Positions 1 through 9,662 of a DNA stretch of 64,000 bases are shown one piece after another. The position numbers and the translations under genes were made by a program. The DNA is taken from contig CAWKNH010000012.1 in the NCBI GenBank assembly GCA_963850855.1, positions 32,752 through 96,751 of the forward strand, given 5' to 3'. The first letter of the stretch is position 1; the number at the start of each line of letters is the position of its first letter. Source of the DNA: an uncultured Alphaproteobacteria bacterium (lineage in GTDB: Bacteria > Pseudomonadota > Alphaproteobacteria > Rhizobiales > Xanthobacteraceae). The notes beneath the pieces were generated by a model. The model was given only the letters and a program-made list of their open reading frames with translations. It had not been told where the DNA came from and searched no databases.

Positions 1-759
1 CGGATAAATTGTCGGCAGGTGGTAACGTACGGCGAGCAAGGAGACTGCGGGGCCATAAGCCGTCATGGCGGCTTCCGGCATGACGATCACTCCGGCGCCA
101 CCCTCGCGCCCGAGCTTGGTAACAACGGCTTCAGCTTCCGCCGTGTTGTGCACCGGAGCCTCGATCGGCTTGATCGCGAGCGCCGCCGCCGCCGTCCGGA
201 ACGTCTCCAAATAATAGCGGGCGAAAGGGGCGGTTTGCGGATTGAACAAGAAGGCGACGCGCGTGACGGAAGGCGCGATCGCACGCATCAATTCCAGCCA
301 TTTGCCGCTCAACGATGCCTCGATGTCGACAAAGCCGGTGATATTGCCGCCGGGCCTCGCCAAACTCGCGACGAGGCCGCTGCCGATCGGATCGGACACG
401 GCCGCGAACACGATCGGGATCGCGCGGGTCTGCGCCTGCAGCGCCTCGGCGGCCGGAGTAGTGATGGCGACAAGCGCATCGGGATTCGGTTGAACCAGTT
501 CCTTGGCGAACATGCGAACGCGATCGACGCTGCCCGCGCCCCAACGGTAATCGATCTGGATGTTGCGGCCGTCGACCCAACCCAGCTCGTCGAGCCGCTT
601 GCGAAAAGCGGCATCCCAGACCCGCGCCTGCAAGTCGGTCTCGGCCAACGAACTCAGGACGCCGACGCGCCGCGATTGCTCCGATTGCTGCGCGCGCGCG
701 GCGAGCGGCCAGAGGGCCGCGGCACCGCCAAGTAGTGCAAAGAAATCGCGCCGATTCAT
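1..759 (-). CDS. ABC-transporter periplasmic substrate-binding protein (ABC_sub_bind-type); C-terminus runs off the left edge
   Basis: Not in the ORF track because there is no stop in the window. Reverse-complement translation from ATG (757-759) gives MNRRDFFALLGGAAALWPLAARAQQ (signal peptide) ...RRVGVLSSLAE...IPIVFAAVSDPIGSGLVASLARPGGNITGF..., the motif pattern of this SBP family. Track ORFs 19..735(+) and 131..790(-) are shadow frames of this gene. Confidence 0.8.
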   Translation of the reverse strand, partial: MNRRDFFALLGGAAALWPLAARAQQSEQSRRVGVLSSLAETDLQARVWDAAFRKRLDELGWVDGRNIQIDYRWGAGSVDRVRMFAKELVQPNPDALVAITTPAAEALQAQTRAIPIVFAAVSDPIGSGLVASLARPGGNITGFVDIEASLSGKWLELMRAIAPSVTRVAFLFNPQTAPFARYYLETFRTAAAALAIKPIEAPVHNTAEAEAVVTKLGREGGAGVIVMPEAAMTAYGPAVSLLAVRYHLPTIYP

Positions 760-927
760 CTCTACGCCCAAAAGGCCGATAGGATCGCATCGTAGGCTAG
801 AAGCTCATGTGCTGGAAAGCGGCGAAGGTTAACGGCGGCATTAGCGACACTCTTGGAACTCTCACGCTTGCTCGGTCGTGAGAAAGCGCAGCGGAGGTGG
901 CGCGAAGGCCGGCAAGGCCGCAAGGGC

Positions 928-1770
928 TCAACGCGGCGTGTTGGTCTTCACCGCAACGACGTCCGAGGGCGGCGCCATCAGGCCGAATGACAGCTTGGTC
1001 GCGACCACAAGCAGCGTGACTGCGAGCACAAGGCGAAGCGCGCGATCCGGGACGCGAACGGCGGCATAGCTGCCGAGCAGGATTCCAGGGACCGATCCCA
1101 GGATCAGCGAGGTGAAGACGGCAAAATCGATCGATCCCAGGAACCAGTGGCCGATGCCGGCGACGAGCGTGAGCGGCACGGCGTGCGCGATATCCGAGCC
1201 GACAATGCGTGCCGCCGGAAGCTTCGGGTAGAGCAGAACAAGCGCAGTCACGCCGATGGCGCCGGCGCCGACCGAGGAGATCGACACGATCGTTCCGATC
1301 ACCGCGCCGACGGCGACGGTGATGGCGGCGATCTTACGGTCGGCGAGAGCGGCAAACCGGGGCGAGTAACGGGCGACGATCCGGTTGCGGAACACCAGCA
1401 TCACGGCGGTGATGACCAGAGCGAGGGCCAGCACCGCATTGATGAGGTCGCGCGCCATCGACCCGTTGATGTCGATGGCGCTCAACGCGGCGATGGTGAC
1501 GATTGTGGTCGGAATGCTGCCGGCCGCGAGCCGCCGCACGATCCGCCACTCGATCGTTCGGTTGCGGCCATGCACGAAGCTGCCGGCGGTCTTGGTCACG
1601 GCGGCGTGGAGCAGGTCGGTTCCAACCGCGGTCGCCGGATGAATGCCGAACAACAGGATGAGAATGGGCGTCATCAGCGAGCCGCCGCCGACGCCGGTCA
1701 ACCCGACCAGAACGCCGACCGCGAACGCGGCCATGGAGTAGGCCGGCTCGATCGCGTGGAACACGCTCAT
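928..1770 (-). CDS. TauE/SafE (DUF81) family anion/sulfite exporter
   Basis: 280-aa track ORF with ATG at 1768-1770. Polytopic hydrophobic protein with the duplicated glycine-rich motif (LTGVGGGSLMTPILILLFG ... SSVGAGAIGVTALVLLYP) typical of the family. Confidence 0.85.
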   Translation of the reverse strand: MSVFHAIEPAYSMAAFAVGVLVGLTGVGGGSLMTPILILLFGIHPATAVGTDLLHAAVTKTAGSFVHGRNRTIEWRIVRRLAAGSIPTTIVTIAALSAIDINGSMARDLINAVLALALVITAVMLVFRNRIVARYSPRFAALADRKIAAITVAVGAVIGTIVSISSVGAGAIGVTALVLLYPKLPAARIVGSDIAHAVPLTLVAGIGHWFLGSIDFAVFTSLILGSVPGILLGSYAAVRVPDRALRLVLAVTLLVVATKLSFGLMAPPSDVVAVKTNTPR

Positions 1771-2045
1771 GCCGTAGTTCCGCGGTCTTGCGCATCAGCC
1801 ATAACGATAGGAACCCCCTCGCTGCACGTAGCAATATAGTAGGGGCTTAAGAGCGGCCGCGCACCGACGACTTGAAAATGAAAATTCACCACGTGCGCTA
1901 GGGCTCTGGCTTGAAATGTTTTTCCTCCCCGATCCGCGCCTACGAACAGAATCGCCTAGCGTTGCAGCACACGGCGTTTTGCCGCACCCGATAACACTAA
2001 CGCGTGATCCGCGTTGCATCGAAGGCCCGCGAGTATATGTCTGGG

Positions 2046-2164
2046 ATATTAGGCCGACCGGACGGCTCCCCCATCCCCCGACACCCCGCCGTCCGGCCTA
2101 ATAAGCCTAAGTTTGAGGCAACACCTAGAACCCCAAGCGCGTACTTTGCTTGGGGTTCTTTTTT
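2046..2164 (+). ncRNA. Candidate small RNA (no family assigned): C-rich-loop hairpin, spacer and intrinsic terminator
   Basis: Stem 2058-2066/2088-2096 closes the 21-nt loop TCCCCCATCCCCCGACACCCC. Terminator at 2128-2164. Both flanking genes are on the other strand and there is no credible + strand CDS. The 5' end is a guess from a weak TTGCAT/TATATG pair at 2014-2039. Confidence 0.3.
2128..2164 (+). terminator. Rho-independent terminator (+ strand orientation)
   Basis: 11-bp perfect stem GAACCCCAAGC / GCTTGGGGTTC with a 9-nt loop, followed by TTTTTT (2159-2164). On the - strand no U-run follows the hairpin. Confidence 0.75.
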
Positions 2165-2194
2165 GTGACCAACGGGAACTCGGCCGACCTGCAC

Positions 2195-5100
2195 TTAATG
2201 CTTCACCAAGTCGCCGAGGAGGCTCGCCGCGACCGACAGCTTCGACAGCGTGAGCCCGGAATTGGCGATCTCGTGGATCGCGAGACGAATGCGTTCCACC
2301 TCAGCTTTGCGCGGGCCGACCCACGCCTCGACCGCGCCGCCGCCGGCGGCGCCATTGCCGACCATGGCGGCAGTGAGCCGCCGCTCGGCATCGCCGATCG
2401 AATCCCGCGCGCGGTCGAGCGCCAGCCGGTCGAAATAGTCGGCAATCGGGATGTTGCGCGCGGCGCTGGCGATGCGCTCGAGGCGGAAGAAGGCGCCGGC
2501 GGCGAAATAGGTCGCCGCTACTTCGGCGACCGCCTTGCCGGTGCGGTCGGCGACCAGCACGATGTCGGGCGCGGCGGCAAGCGCACCGAGATCGGCAACA
2601 CGGCCGGCAAGCTCATCGGGAACGCCGGTCGCCGCCAGCTCCTGCCGGCGCGCGGCGCGCGCCGCAAGCGCGTCCTCGGAGAGCACGCCGTCGAGCGCGG
2701 CGGCGACCGCGGCGACGCCATCGCGATAATGCGTCACCACGTCGGCGAGGCCCTTGGTCAGCTCGACATTGCGCAGGAACCAGACGATGCGGTCGAGGAG
2801 CAGGTCCTCGACCGCCGCGTAGAGATCGAGCTGCACTTTCCCGGGTATGCGGTTGTCGAGGCCGTCGATCGCGGTGTTGAGCGCGGTCATGCCGTAGCTT
2901 TCGCGCACGACGGCGAAGGCAGAGGCGATGGCGGCAGGCGCGGCGCCGGTCTGGTCGGCGATGCGCACGACGAGCGAGGGCCCGCCGCGATTGATCATCG
3001 AGTTGGCGAGCTGGGTGGCGATGATCTCCCGGCGCAGCCGATGATGTTCGAGCGCGTCGGGGAAACGCGCGCCGATCGCCTTGGGAAAATAACGGCCGAG
3101 CTCGCGGCCGAGATACGGGTCGTCCGGTACCGCGGACTCGAGCAGATCGTCGTAGAGCGAGAGCTTGGCATAGGCGAGCAGCACCGCCAGCTCCGGCCGG
3201 GTGAAGGGCTGCGAGCGGCGGCGGCGCTCGGTGAGCTGCAGGTCGTCGGGCAAGTACTCGACCGCGCGGTCGAGGAGCCCGCGGGTCTCCAGCGTCTGAA
3301 TGAGCCGCTGCAGAAAGCCGAAATCCTCCAGGCCGCGCCGCTCGGCGAGCGAGAGCGCGAGCGGCTGCAGATAATTGTTGCGCAGGACGAGACCGGCGAC
3401 CTCGTCGGTCATCTCGGCCAAAAGCGCGTTACGCGCGCTCAGCGGCAGCCGGCCGTCGCGCAACGGAATGCTCAGCGCGATCTTGATGTTCACTTCCATG
3501 TCGGAAGTGTTGACGCCGGCGGAATTGTCGATCGCGTCGGTGTTGAGCCTGATGCCGCGCAACGCCGCCTCGATGCGGCCGCGCTGGGTCATGCCGAGAT
3601 TGGCGCCTTCGCCGAGCACCTTGCAGCGCAGATCGCGGCCGCAGACGCGGATCGCGTCGTTGGCGCGGTCGCCGGCCGCGTCGTCGCCTTCATCGGCCGC
3701 GCGCACGTAGGTGCCGATGCCGCCGAAGAATAGGAGATCGACCTCGGCTTTGAGGATGGCGCGGATCAGTTCCTGCGGGTTGAGCTTTTCGCCGACGCCG
3801 AACAGCTTCTGCGCCTCTGCCGAAAGCCGGATTTCCTTCGCCGCGCGGGGAAAAACGCCGCCGCCCTTGGAAATCAGCGTCTTGTCGAAATCCTGCCAGC
3901 TCGAGCGCGGCAGGTCGAACAGGCGTTTTCGCTCGGCAAAGGAGCGTTCCGGATCGGGCTCCGGATCGATGAAGATGTCGCGATGATCGAAGGCGGCGAG
4001 GAGCTTGGTTGTTTTCTCGCGCAGGAGGCCGTTGCCGAACACGTCGCCCGACATGTCACCGACGCCGACCACGGTGAACGGCGTTACCCCGATATTGACG
4101 TCCATCTCGCGGAAATGACGCTTGACCGATTCCCAGGCGCCGCGCGCGGTGATGCCCATTTTCTTGTGGTCGTAGCCGGCGGAGCCGCCCGAGGCGAAAG
4201 CATCGCCAAGCCAGAAATCGTGCGCGATCGCGATCTCGTTGGCGATGTCGGAGAAGGTCGCCGTGCCCTTGTCGGCGGCGACGACGAGATAGGGGTCGTC
4301 GCCCTCGTGGCGCACGACGTCGGCCGGCGGCACGACGCCGGTCGTTCCGGTGCCGATATTGTCGGTGATCTCGAGGAGCGTCGAGATGAACAGCCGGTAG
4401 GCGGCCGTGCCCTCGGCCTGGATCGCTTCGCGCGCGCCGCCGGCGGGCAGCCGTTTGGGGATGAAGCCGCCTTTTGCCCCGACCGGGATGATCACCGCAT
4501 TCTTGACGTTCTGCGCTTTGACCAGGCCGAGGATCTCGGTGCGAAAATCCTGCGGCCGGTCGGACCAGCGGATGCCGCCGCGCGCCACCTTGCCGAAGCG
4601 CAGATGCACGCCCTCGACGCGCGGCGAATAGACGAAGATCTCATAAAGCGGCCGCGGCAGCGGCATGCCGTCGACTTTGCGGCTGGAAAATTTGAGGGCG
4701 ATGAGCTCCTTGGCGCGGCCGTCGCGGTCGCGCTGGTAGAAATTGGTGCGGATCGCCGCCGCCACCGCGTTGAGGAAGCGGCGCAGGATGCGGTCTTCGT
4801 CGAGACTGTCGACCGCCTGCAAGGCGGCCTCGATCTCCGCCATGATGGCGGCCTCGCGCGCCGCGCGTTCGTCCGCCGGAACGACGAGCTGCGGATCGAA
4901 CCGGGCGTGGAACAGCGCGACGATCTTGGCGGCGATGCCGGCATGCTTACGCAGCGTCGCCCACATGTAATCCTGCGAGAACGGAACGCGGATCTGGCGC
5001 AGGAAACGTGAGAGCGCACGGATCAGCGCTACGTCGCGCCAGACCAGCCCGGTCGCGAGCACGAGCGCGTTGTAGCCGTCATTCTCGGCGCTTCTTCCCA

Positions 5101-7012
5101 TCACCGCGAGGAAGCACGCCTCCAGCCGCTCCCGCAGCGCCGCAAGCTCGAATGGCTGGCCCAAGGCGCTTTCGAGCGTCATGTCGTGGAACCAGACATC
5201 CGCCGTACCTTGCGGCCGGATGTGGTAGGTGCGCTCGTCGACGACGCGAAAACCCATATTTTCCAGTACCGGCACGCGTTCCGAGAGCGGGATCGGCCGG
5301 CTGTGGCTGAACACCTTCAGCCCGGCGCTTGCCGGCCCTTCGCCGCCGTCGCGATAAAGCTCGACGCCGAGCGGTCCCTCCGAGGTGAGGGCTTCGAGGA
5401 GGCCGATATCGGCGAGCGCCGTCGGCGGCGGATAGACCTCGCGGTAGTCGATCGGGAAGGCGTCACCGTAGCGCGCGAACAGCGCGGCCGCCTGTCCGCC
5501 TCGCGGTCCCGCCGCCAGGGCCTCATGCAGACCATCGGTCCAGCTGCGCACAATGGCTTCGACGGCGCGGTCGAGCTCGGCGCGGTCGGGGCTCGGTGTC
5601 TCCCCCTCGTAGCGCCCGATGATGAAGTGGACGCGTACCAGCGGGCCTTCCGGGAAAAACGGATAGAAGGCGCGCAGCCGTCCCTTGAACGCGATTGCGA
5701 GGTACTCGCCGATCGCCGCCCGGGTCTGGCTGTCGTAGCGATCGCGCGGAATGTAGACCAGGACCGACACGAAACGATCGAAGCGGTCCGCCCGCGGCAA
5801 CACGCGCACGCGCGGGCGCTCGTCGAGCTGCAGGATCGCCAGCGCAAACTGGTAGAGCGTGTCTTCATCGATCTGAAACAGCTCGTCGCGCGGATAATTT
5901 TCCAGCACATTGACCAGCGCCTTGCCGGAATGGCTCGAGGCGTCGAAGCCGGCACGGCGGACGACGTTGTCCATCTTGCGCCGCAGATAGGGAATGGTGC
6001 GAACCGAACGCGTGTAGGCGGTCGAGGTGAACAGGCCGCAGAGCCGGCACTCGCCGACGAGCCTGCCGTCGCGGTCGAAGCGCTTGACCCCGACATAGTC
6101 GAGATGCACGCGCCGGTGCACACGCGAGCGCACCGCCGCCTTGGTGACGATGAGCAGCTTCGGCTCCTTGAGGAATTCCAGGATTTCGGGCGTGAAGATC
6201 ACCAGCTCCTGGCCGCGGCGCAGGAGCCGCATCTCGCGCGCGCGCAAGAGCCCGAGACCGGTCTCGAATTTCGGCTCGAGCGCATCCTCGCCGTCGCTGA
6301 AAGCGTAGTCGCGCACGCCAAGGAGCGTGAAATTGTCTCCCGCCATCCATTCGAGGAACTGGATCGCTTCGGCGATCTCGTCGGCGGCAAGCGGCGGCGG
6401 ATTGGCGCGTAATTCGGCGATGATCTCGCCGACGCGCGCCAGCATCGGCCGCCAGTCCTCGACGCAGGTGCGCACGTCGGCGAGGACCTCTTCGAGCGCG
6501 CGGACGATCTCCGCCCGTTGCGCCGCGTCCGCCATGCCCTCGATATGGATGTGGATGAAGCTTTCGCGCCCGCCATCGGCTTTACGCGTGCCCTTGAAGG
6601 CGAGGAGGTTTCCTGCCGCGTCGCGCTCGATGGTGAACAGCGGGTGGACCAGGAGCCGGACGTCGAGGCCGCGCTCGTTGAGCTCGCCGAGGACCGAATC
6701 GACCAGGAAGGGCATGTCGTCATTGTCGATTTCGAGCACCGCGACGCTCGGCGTCAGCGCCGCCGGCTCGAAGCGGATATTGGGAGCGCCGCTCTTTCGC
6801 TTTGCCAGCAACGACCATGACTGCTCGGCGATGGCGGCGAGCTCTTGGGCGCGGTAACGGGCAAGATCCTCCGGCGTGGCATAGCCGTACAGCGCGGCCA
6901 GAAAATCGCGCGGGATGTCGCGCCGGCGCTCGGCGAGCAGCGAGGCGGCGGCGACCACGAGCGCAAGGCCGGTACGGTCATCGCCCGGGCGGGGAAAATC
7001 CTGCACGTTCAT
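2195..7012 (-). CDS. gdhZ: Large (~1600 aa) NAD-specific glutamate dehydrogenase (Bac_GDH family)
   Basis: Track ORF 2195..7075. Family-typical size and catalytic core (...GGIRWSDRPQDFRTEILGLVKAQNVKNAVIIPVGAKGGF...). Start re-picked at ATG 7010-7012 (MNVQDFPRPG), preceded by a GAGGGGGA RBS. Confidence 0.95.
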   Translation of the reverse strand: MNVQDFPRPGDDRTGLALVVAAASLLAERRRDIPRDFLAALYGYATPEDLARYRAQELAAIAEQSWSLLAKRKSGAPNIRFEPAALTPSVAVLEIDNDDMPFLVDSVLGELNERGLDVRLLVHPLFTIERDAAGNLLAFKGTRKADGGRESFIHIHIEGMADAAQRAEIVRALEEVLADVRTCVEDWRPMLARVGEIIAELRANPPPLAADEIAEAIQFLEWMAGDNFTLLGVRDYAFSDGEDALEPKFETGLGLLRAREMRLLRRGQELVIFTPEILEFLKEPKLLIVTKAAVRSRVHRRVHLDYVGVKRFDRDGRLVGECRLCGLFTSTAYTRSVRTIPYLRRKMDNVVRRAGFDASSHSGKALVNVLENYPRDELFQIDEDTLYQFALAILQLDERPRVRVLPRADRFDRFVSVLVYIPRDRYDSQTRAAIGEYLAIAFKGRLRAFYPFFPEGPLVRVHFIIGRYEGETPSPDRAELDRAVEAIVRSWTDGLHEALAAGPRGGQAAALFARYGDAFPIDYREVYPPPTALADIGLLEALTSEGPLGVELYRDGGEGPASAGLKVFSHSRPIPLSERVPVLENMGFRVVDERTYHIRPQGTADVWFHDMTLESALGQPFELAALRERLEACFLAVMGRSAENDGYNALVLATGLVWRDVALIRALSRFLRQIRVPFSQDYMWATLRKHAGIAAKIVALFHARFDPQLVVPADERAAREAAIMAEIEAALQAVDSLDEDRILRRFLNAVAAAIRTNFYQRDRDGRAKELIALKFSSRKVDGMPLPRPLYEIFVYSPRVEGVHLRFGKVARGGIRWSDRPQDFRTEILGLVKAQNVKNAVIIPVGAKGGFIPKRLPAGGAREAIQAEGTAAYRLFISTLLEITDNIGTGTTGVVPPADVVRHEGDDPYLVVAADKGTATFSDIANEIAIAHDFWLGDAFASGGSAGYDHKKMGITARGAWESVKRHFREMDVNIGVTPFTVVGVGDMSGDVFGNGLLREKTTKLLAAFDHRDIFIDPEPDPERSFAERKRLFDLPRSSWQDFDKTLISKGGGVFPRAAKEIRLSAEAQKLFGVGEKLNPQELIRAILKAEVDLLFFGGIGTYVRAADEGDDAAGDRANDAIRVCGRDLRCKVLGEGANLGMTQRGRIEAALRGIRLNTDAIDNSAGVNTSDMEVNIKIALSIPLRDGRLPLSARNALLAEMTDEVAGLVLRNNYLQPLALSLAERRGLEDFGFLQRLIQTLETRGLLDRAVEYLPDDLQLTERRRRSQPFTRPELAVLLAYAKLSLYDDLLESAVPDDPYLGRELGRYFPKAIGARFPDALEHHRLRREIIATQLANSMINRGGPSLVVRIADQTGAAPAAIASAFAVVRESYGMTALNTAIDGLDNRIPGKVQLDLYAAVEDLLLDRIVWFLRNVELTKGLADVVTHYRDGVAAVAAALDGVLSEDALAARAARRQELAATGVPDELAGRVADLGALAAAPDIVLVADRTGKAVAEVAATYFAAGAFFRLERIASAARNIPIADYFDRLALDRARDSIGDAERRLTAAMVGNGAAGGGAVEAWVGPRKAEVERIRLAIHEIANSGLTLSKLSVAASLLGDLVKH

Positions 7013-7153
7013 GTTTCCCCCTCTCGCCGGCGCGATTCTTTGCGATATTACGCGCTCGGCCGGCGCGTGCGCCACCGGATCGTGGTCGCGGCAGGGCGCG
7101 GCGCGATCACATTATCGACGGCCGCCGACAGCGGCATGACAGAAGGAAACGCC

Positions 7154-7789
7154 ATGAGAAAGCGCAAGATGAAGCCCATCCCGGACAATCGCGCGGCGAA
7201 GCCGCGCGCCTCGGCGGCCGCGGGCGACGATACCGATATCATCGCGCTGAAGCTGCCGCCGGGGCCGCTATCCCCAGAAATGGAGGCCTATTTCGCCAAA
7301 TGCCGGGACAAGCTCGGCTTCGTGCCGAACGTGCTCAAGGCCTACACCTTCGACACGGCGAAGCTTTCCGCCTTCGTCGCCATGTACAACGATCTGATGC
7401 TGTCGCCCTCGGGGCTGAGCAAGCTCGAGCGCGAGATGATCGCGGTCGCGGTTTCGGCGCACAACCGCTGCTACTACTGCCTCGTCGCCCATGGCGCCAC
7501 GGTGCGTCAGCTTTCCGGCGACCCGGTACTCGGCGAGCTTCTGGTGATGAATTATCGCGCCGCCCGGCTGTCGCCGCGCGAGCGCGCCATGCTCGACTTC
7601 GCCGTCAAGCTCGCCGCCGAGCCGTGGCTGGTGGAGGAGGAGGATCGCGAAGCGCTGCGCCGCGCCGGCTTTGGCGATCGCGATATCTGGGATATCGGCG
7701 CGGTCGCGAGCTTCTTTGCCATGTCGAACCGCATGGCGTTCGCGACCGACATGCGGCCGAACAGCGTCTACCACGCGCAGCACCGCTAG
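7154..7789 (+). CDS. Carboxymuconolactone-decarboxylase/AhpD-like 'peroxidase-related enzyme'
   Basis: Last 211 codons of composite track ORF 6845..7789. ATG 7154 lies behind GAAGGAAA. CxxC-containing core SAHNRCYYCLVAHG. Confidence 0.8.
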   Translation: MRKRKMKPIPDNRAAKPRASAAAGDDTDIIALKLPPGPLSPEMEAYFAKCRDKLGFVPNVLKAYTFDTAKLSAFVAMYNDLMLSPSGLSKLEREMIAVAVSAHNRCYYCLVAHGATVRQLSGDPVLGELLVMNYRAARLSPRERAMLDFAVKLAAEPWLVEEEDREALRRAGFGDRDIWDIGAVASFFAMSNRMAFATDMRPNSVYHAQHR

Positions 7790-7890
7790 AGCCGCGGCGC
7801 TGTCGGGAATGTGAATCGCGGCGGGTATCGGAATATGCAATCCGCTTGCTTTATTATATCGTTCTCGCACCACCGACTGGGAGGATCACG

Positions 7891-8262
7891 ATGCGTGCGG
7901 GTTTTGCGGGCTTGGTAGCCGGCGGCGTCCTCGGGGCGCTCCTCGCCGCGCCGGCTTTGGCAGCGCCCGCGGCCAAGCTTGCGCCGGCCGATATTCAGGC
8001 GACGTTCTTCAACGGCCAGCCCTTCACCGCCTCGACGCCGTCGAACCTCAAATTCAAGATGATTTTCACGGCGGACGGCAAGATGAAGCGCCAGCCGATC
8101 GGCGGCGGCAGCAGGGGCGAGGGCACCTGGAAGCTCTCCAAGGACGGCTTCTGCAGCACCTGGAAAGGCTCGAAGGACAATTGCTTCACGGTGGTCAGTG
8201 CCGGCGACAATCAATGGTCGGTGCTCAAGGGCTCGACGATCATGGCGACGTGGAGCAAATAG
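7891..8262 (+). CDS. Small secreted protein, family not recognised
   Basis: Last 123 codons of composite track ORF 6802..8262. ATG 7891 lies behind GGGAGGA. Signal peptide MRAGFAGLVAGGVLGALLAAPALA/AP. Beta-rich mature part (GEGTWKLSKDGFCSTWKG...). Confidence 0.7.
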   Translation: MRAGFAGLVAGGVLGALLAAPALAAPAAKLAPADIQATFFNGQPFTASTPSNLKFKMIFTADGKMKRQPIGGGSRGEGTWKLSKDGFCSTWKGSKDNCFTVVSAGDNQWSVLKGSTIMATWSK

Positions 8263-8746
8263 GCGCGTTCCGGCTTGCGAGCCGTTTGCTCATGTGTACC
8301 CGCGTGCTCCCTCTGAACTCTTCCTCCCGGTCGATCCGATAGCCGAGCTTGCCGTAGAGCTGCACATTCCCGGCGAAGCGCTCGTTGGTATAGAGCCTGA
8401 TTTCGCCGTAGCCGAGCGACGCGGCCACGTCTTCGGCGTGCGCCAGCAATTTGCCGCCGAGGCCGCGTCTCTGGAACGCCGGCGAGACCGCCACATTCTC
8501 GATGAGCAGATGCCCGGTTTGCGGGATCATCTCGATCAGCGCCGCCAGCTTGCCGGCGAGGTAGAGAAGATCGATGCGGTGCTTCTGCGCCGCCTCGACA
8601 TAATCGGCGAGCATCGGCAGCGGCTCACGGCCGATGAGCGGCACCCATTTGGCGTAGGCTTCGCGCGTGAGCGCGCGGATCGCGGGCGCGTCGTCCATCG
8701 TCGCGCGTCGCAATACCAGCGCCTCGCCTTGCTTTTCGCCGGTCAT
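8240..8746 (-). CDS. GNAT-family N-acetyltransferase
   Basis: C-terminal 168 codons of track ORF 8240..9019. Acetyl-CoA motif VSPAFQRRGLGGKLL. The ATG (8744-8746) overlaps the upstream stop as ATGA (translational coupling). Confidence 0.8.
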   Translation of the reverse strand: MTGEKQGEALVLRRATMDDAPAIRALTREAYAKWVPLIGREPLPMLADYVEAAQKHRIDLLYLAGKLAALIEMIPQTGHLLIENVAVSPAFQRRGLGGKLLAHAEDVAASLGYGEIRLYTNERFAGNVQLYGKLGYRIDREEEFRGSTRVHMSKRLASRNAPICSTSP

Positions 8747-9552
8747 GCGGGTCGCGCGTGCACGGAAAGGTCTTTGATGGTCGGGCGCTCGCCGGACAGC
8801 GGATTTGCCGGATCCCATGCATAGCGCAAGGTCTCGAAGCGCATCGCGCGGGCATCGACCATGACCAGCCGACCGACCAGGCCCTCGCCGAAGCCGACGA
8901 TCTCGCGGATCACTTCCAGCGCCGCCATCGAGCCGATCACGCCGGCTAGCGCGCCGAGGATTCCGGCTTCGGCGCAAGCCGGCACCGTGCCGGGCGGCGG
9001 CGGCTCGGGAAAGAGACACCGATAGGTCGGATTCGGCTTGCCGTCGGCGCCGCGCTCATGCGCGCGGATGGTGGTGAGCGTGCCGTCGAACGGGCCGAGC
9101 GCCGCAGTCACTAGCGGTTTCTTGGCAAAATAGCAGGCATCGGCGACGAGATAGCGGGTGGCGAAGTTGTCGGACCCGTCGGCGACGATATCGTAGCGGC
9201 CGATGAGCGCGAGCGCGTTCTGCACGGTCAGTCTCGCGCGGTGCTCTTCCACCGCCACATGCGGATTGAGCCGGCGGATCATCGCCGCGGCGCTTTCGAC
9301 CTTGGCCATTCCGATGTCGGGCGTGGCGTGGATCACTTGCCGCTGCAGGTTCGAAAGCGAGACTGCGTCATCGTCGATGATGCCGAGCGTGCCGACCCCG
9401 GCGGCGGCAAGATAGAGCAGCACCGGCGCACCGAGCCCGCCGGCGCCGATCACCAAAACGCGGGCGCGGCGGAGCGCGGCCTGGCCCGGACCGCCCACCT
9501 CCTGCAGCACGATGTGGCGCGCGTAGCGTTCGAGTTCGTCGGCGCTGAGCAT
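8743..9552 (-). CDS. HesA/MoeB/ThiF-family adenylyltransferase (molybdopterin-synthase adenylyltransferase-like)
   Basis: Track ORF 8743..9594. Start re-picked at ATG 9550-9552 (MLSADELERYARHIVL). Rossmann motif VLVIGAGGLGAPVLLYLAAAGVG and the conserved ...SNLQRQ... motif. Confidence 0.85.
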   Translation of the reverse strand: MLSADELERYARHIVLQEVGGPGQAALRRARVLVIGAGGLGAPVLLYLAAAGVGTLGIIDDDAVSLSNLQRQVIHATPDIGMAKVESAAAMIRRLNPHVAVEEHRARLTVQNALALIGRYDIVADGSDNFATRYLVADACYFAKKPLVTAALGPFDGTLTTIRAHERGADGKPNPTYRCLFPEPPPPGTVPACAEAGILGALAGVIGSMAALEVIREIVGFGEGLVGRLVMVDARAMRFETLRYAWDPANPLSGERPTIKDLSVHARPA

Positions 9553-9662
9553 GTCGCCAAGATAAGCGCGAACCGGGCGCGGAACCACCGACACCTGCGG
9601 CGCCGCGTTTGGCCTTCGCGCCTGCTTCGGTTACGTTTGGCCGGGGCGAGCGGGTGCCGGAT

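Noticed and set aside
2014-2039. Firm sigma-70 promoter call for the candidate sRNA
   Set aside because: With TTGCAT and TATATG the spacer is only 14 nt, or 16-17 nt with poorer -35 alternatives. It is kept only as a weak hint inside the sRNA finding.
2150-6412. Long + strand ORFs (527, 342 and 408 aa) antisense to the NAD-glutamate dehydrogenase gene
   Set aside because: These are shadow ORFs of a very GC-rich gene. They have Arg/Ala/Gly/Asp/His-heavy, low-information composition and no recognisable motifs. They are broken into three pieces by stops, whereas the opposite strand encodes an unmistakable 1605-aa Bac_GDH. Long antisense ORFs in these large gdh genes are a recurrent observation in high-GC bacteria and have been debated as overlapping genes. 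Nothing here (no RBS, no intact single frame) supports coding.
6802-8262. 486-aa and 314-aa + strand track ORFs (6802..8262, 6845..7789) taken at face value
   Set aside because: They are composites. Their 5' parts are off-frame read-through across the gdh start region. Only the last 123 and 211 codons, each with its own RBS and ATG, look like genes.
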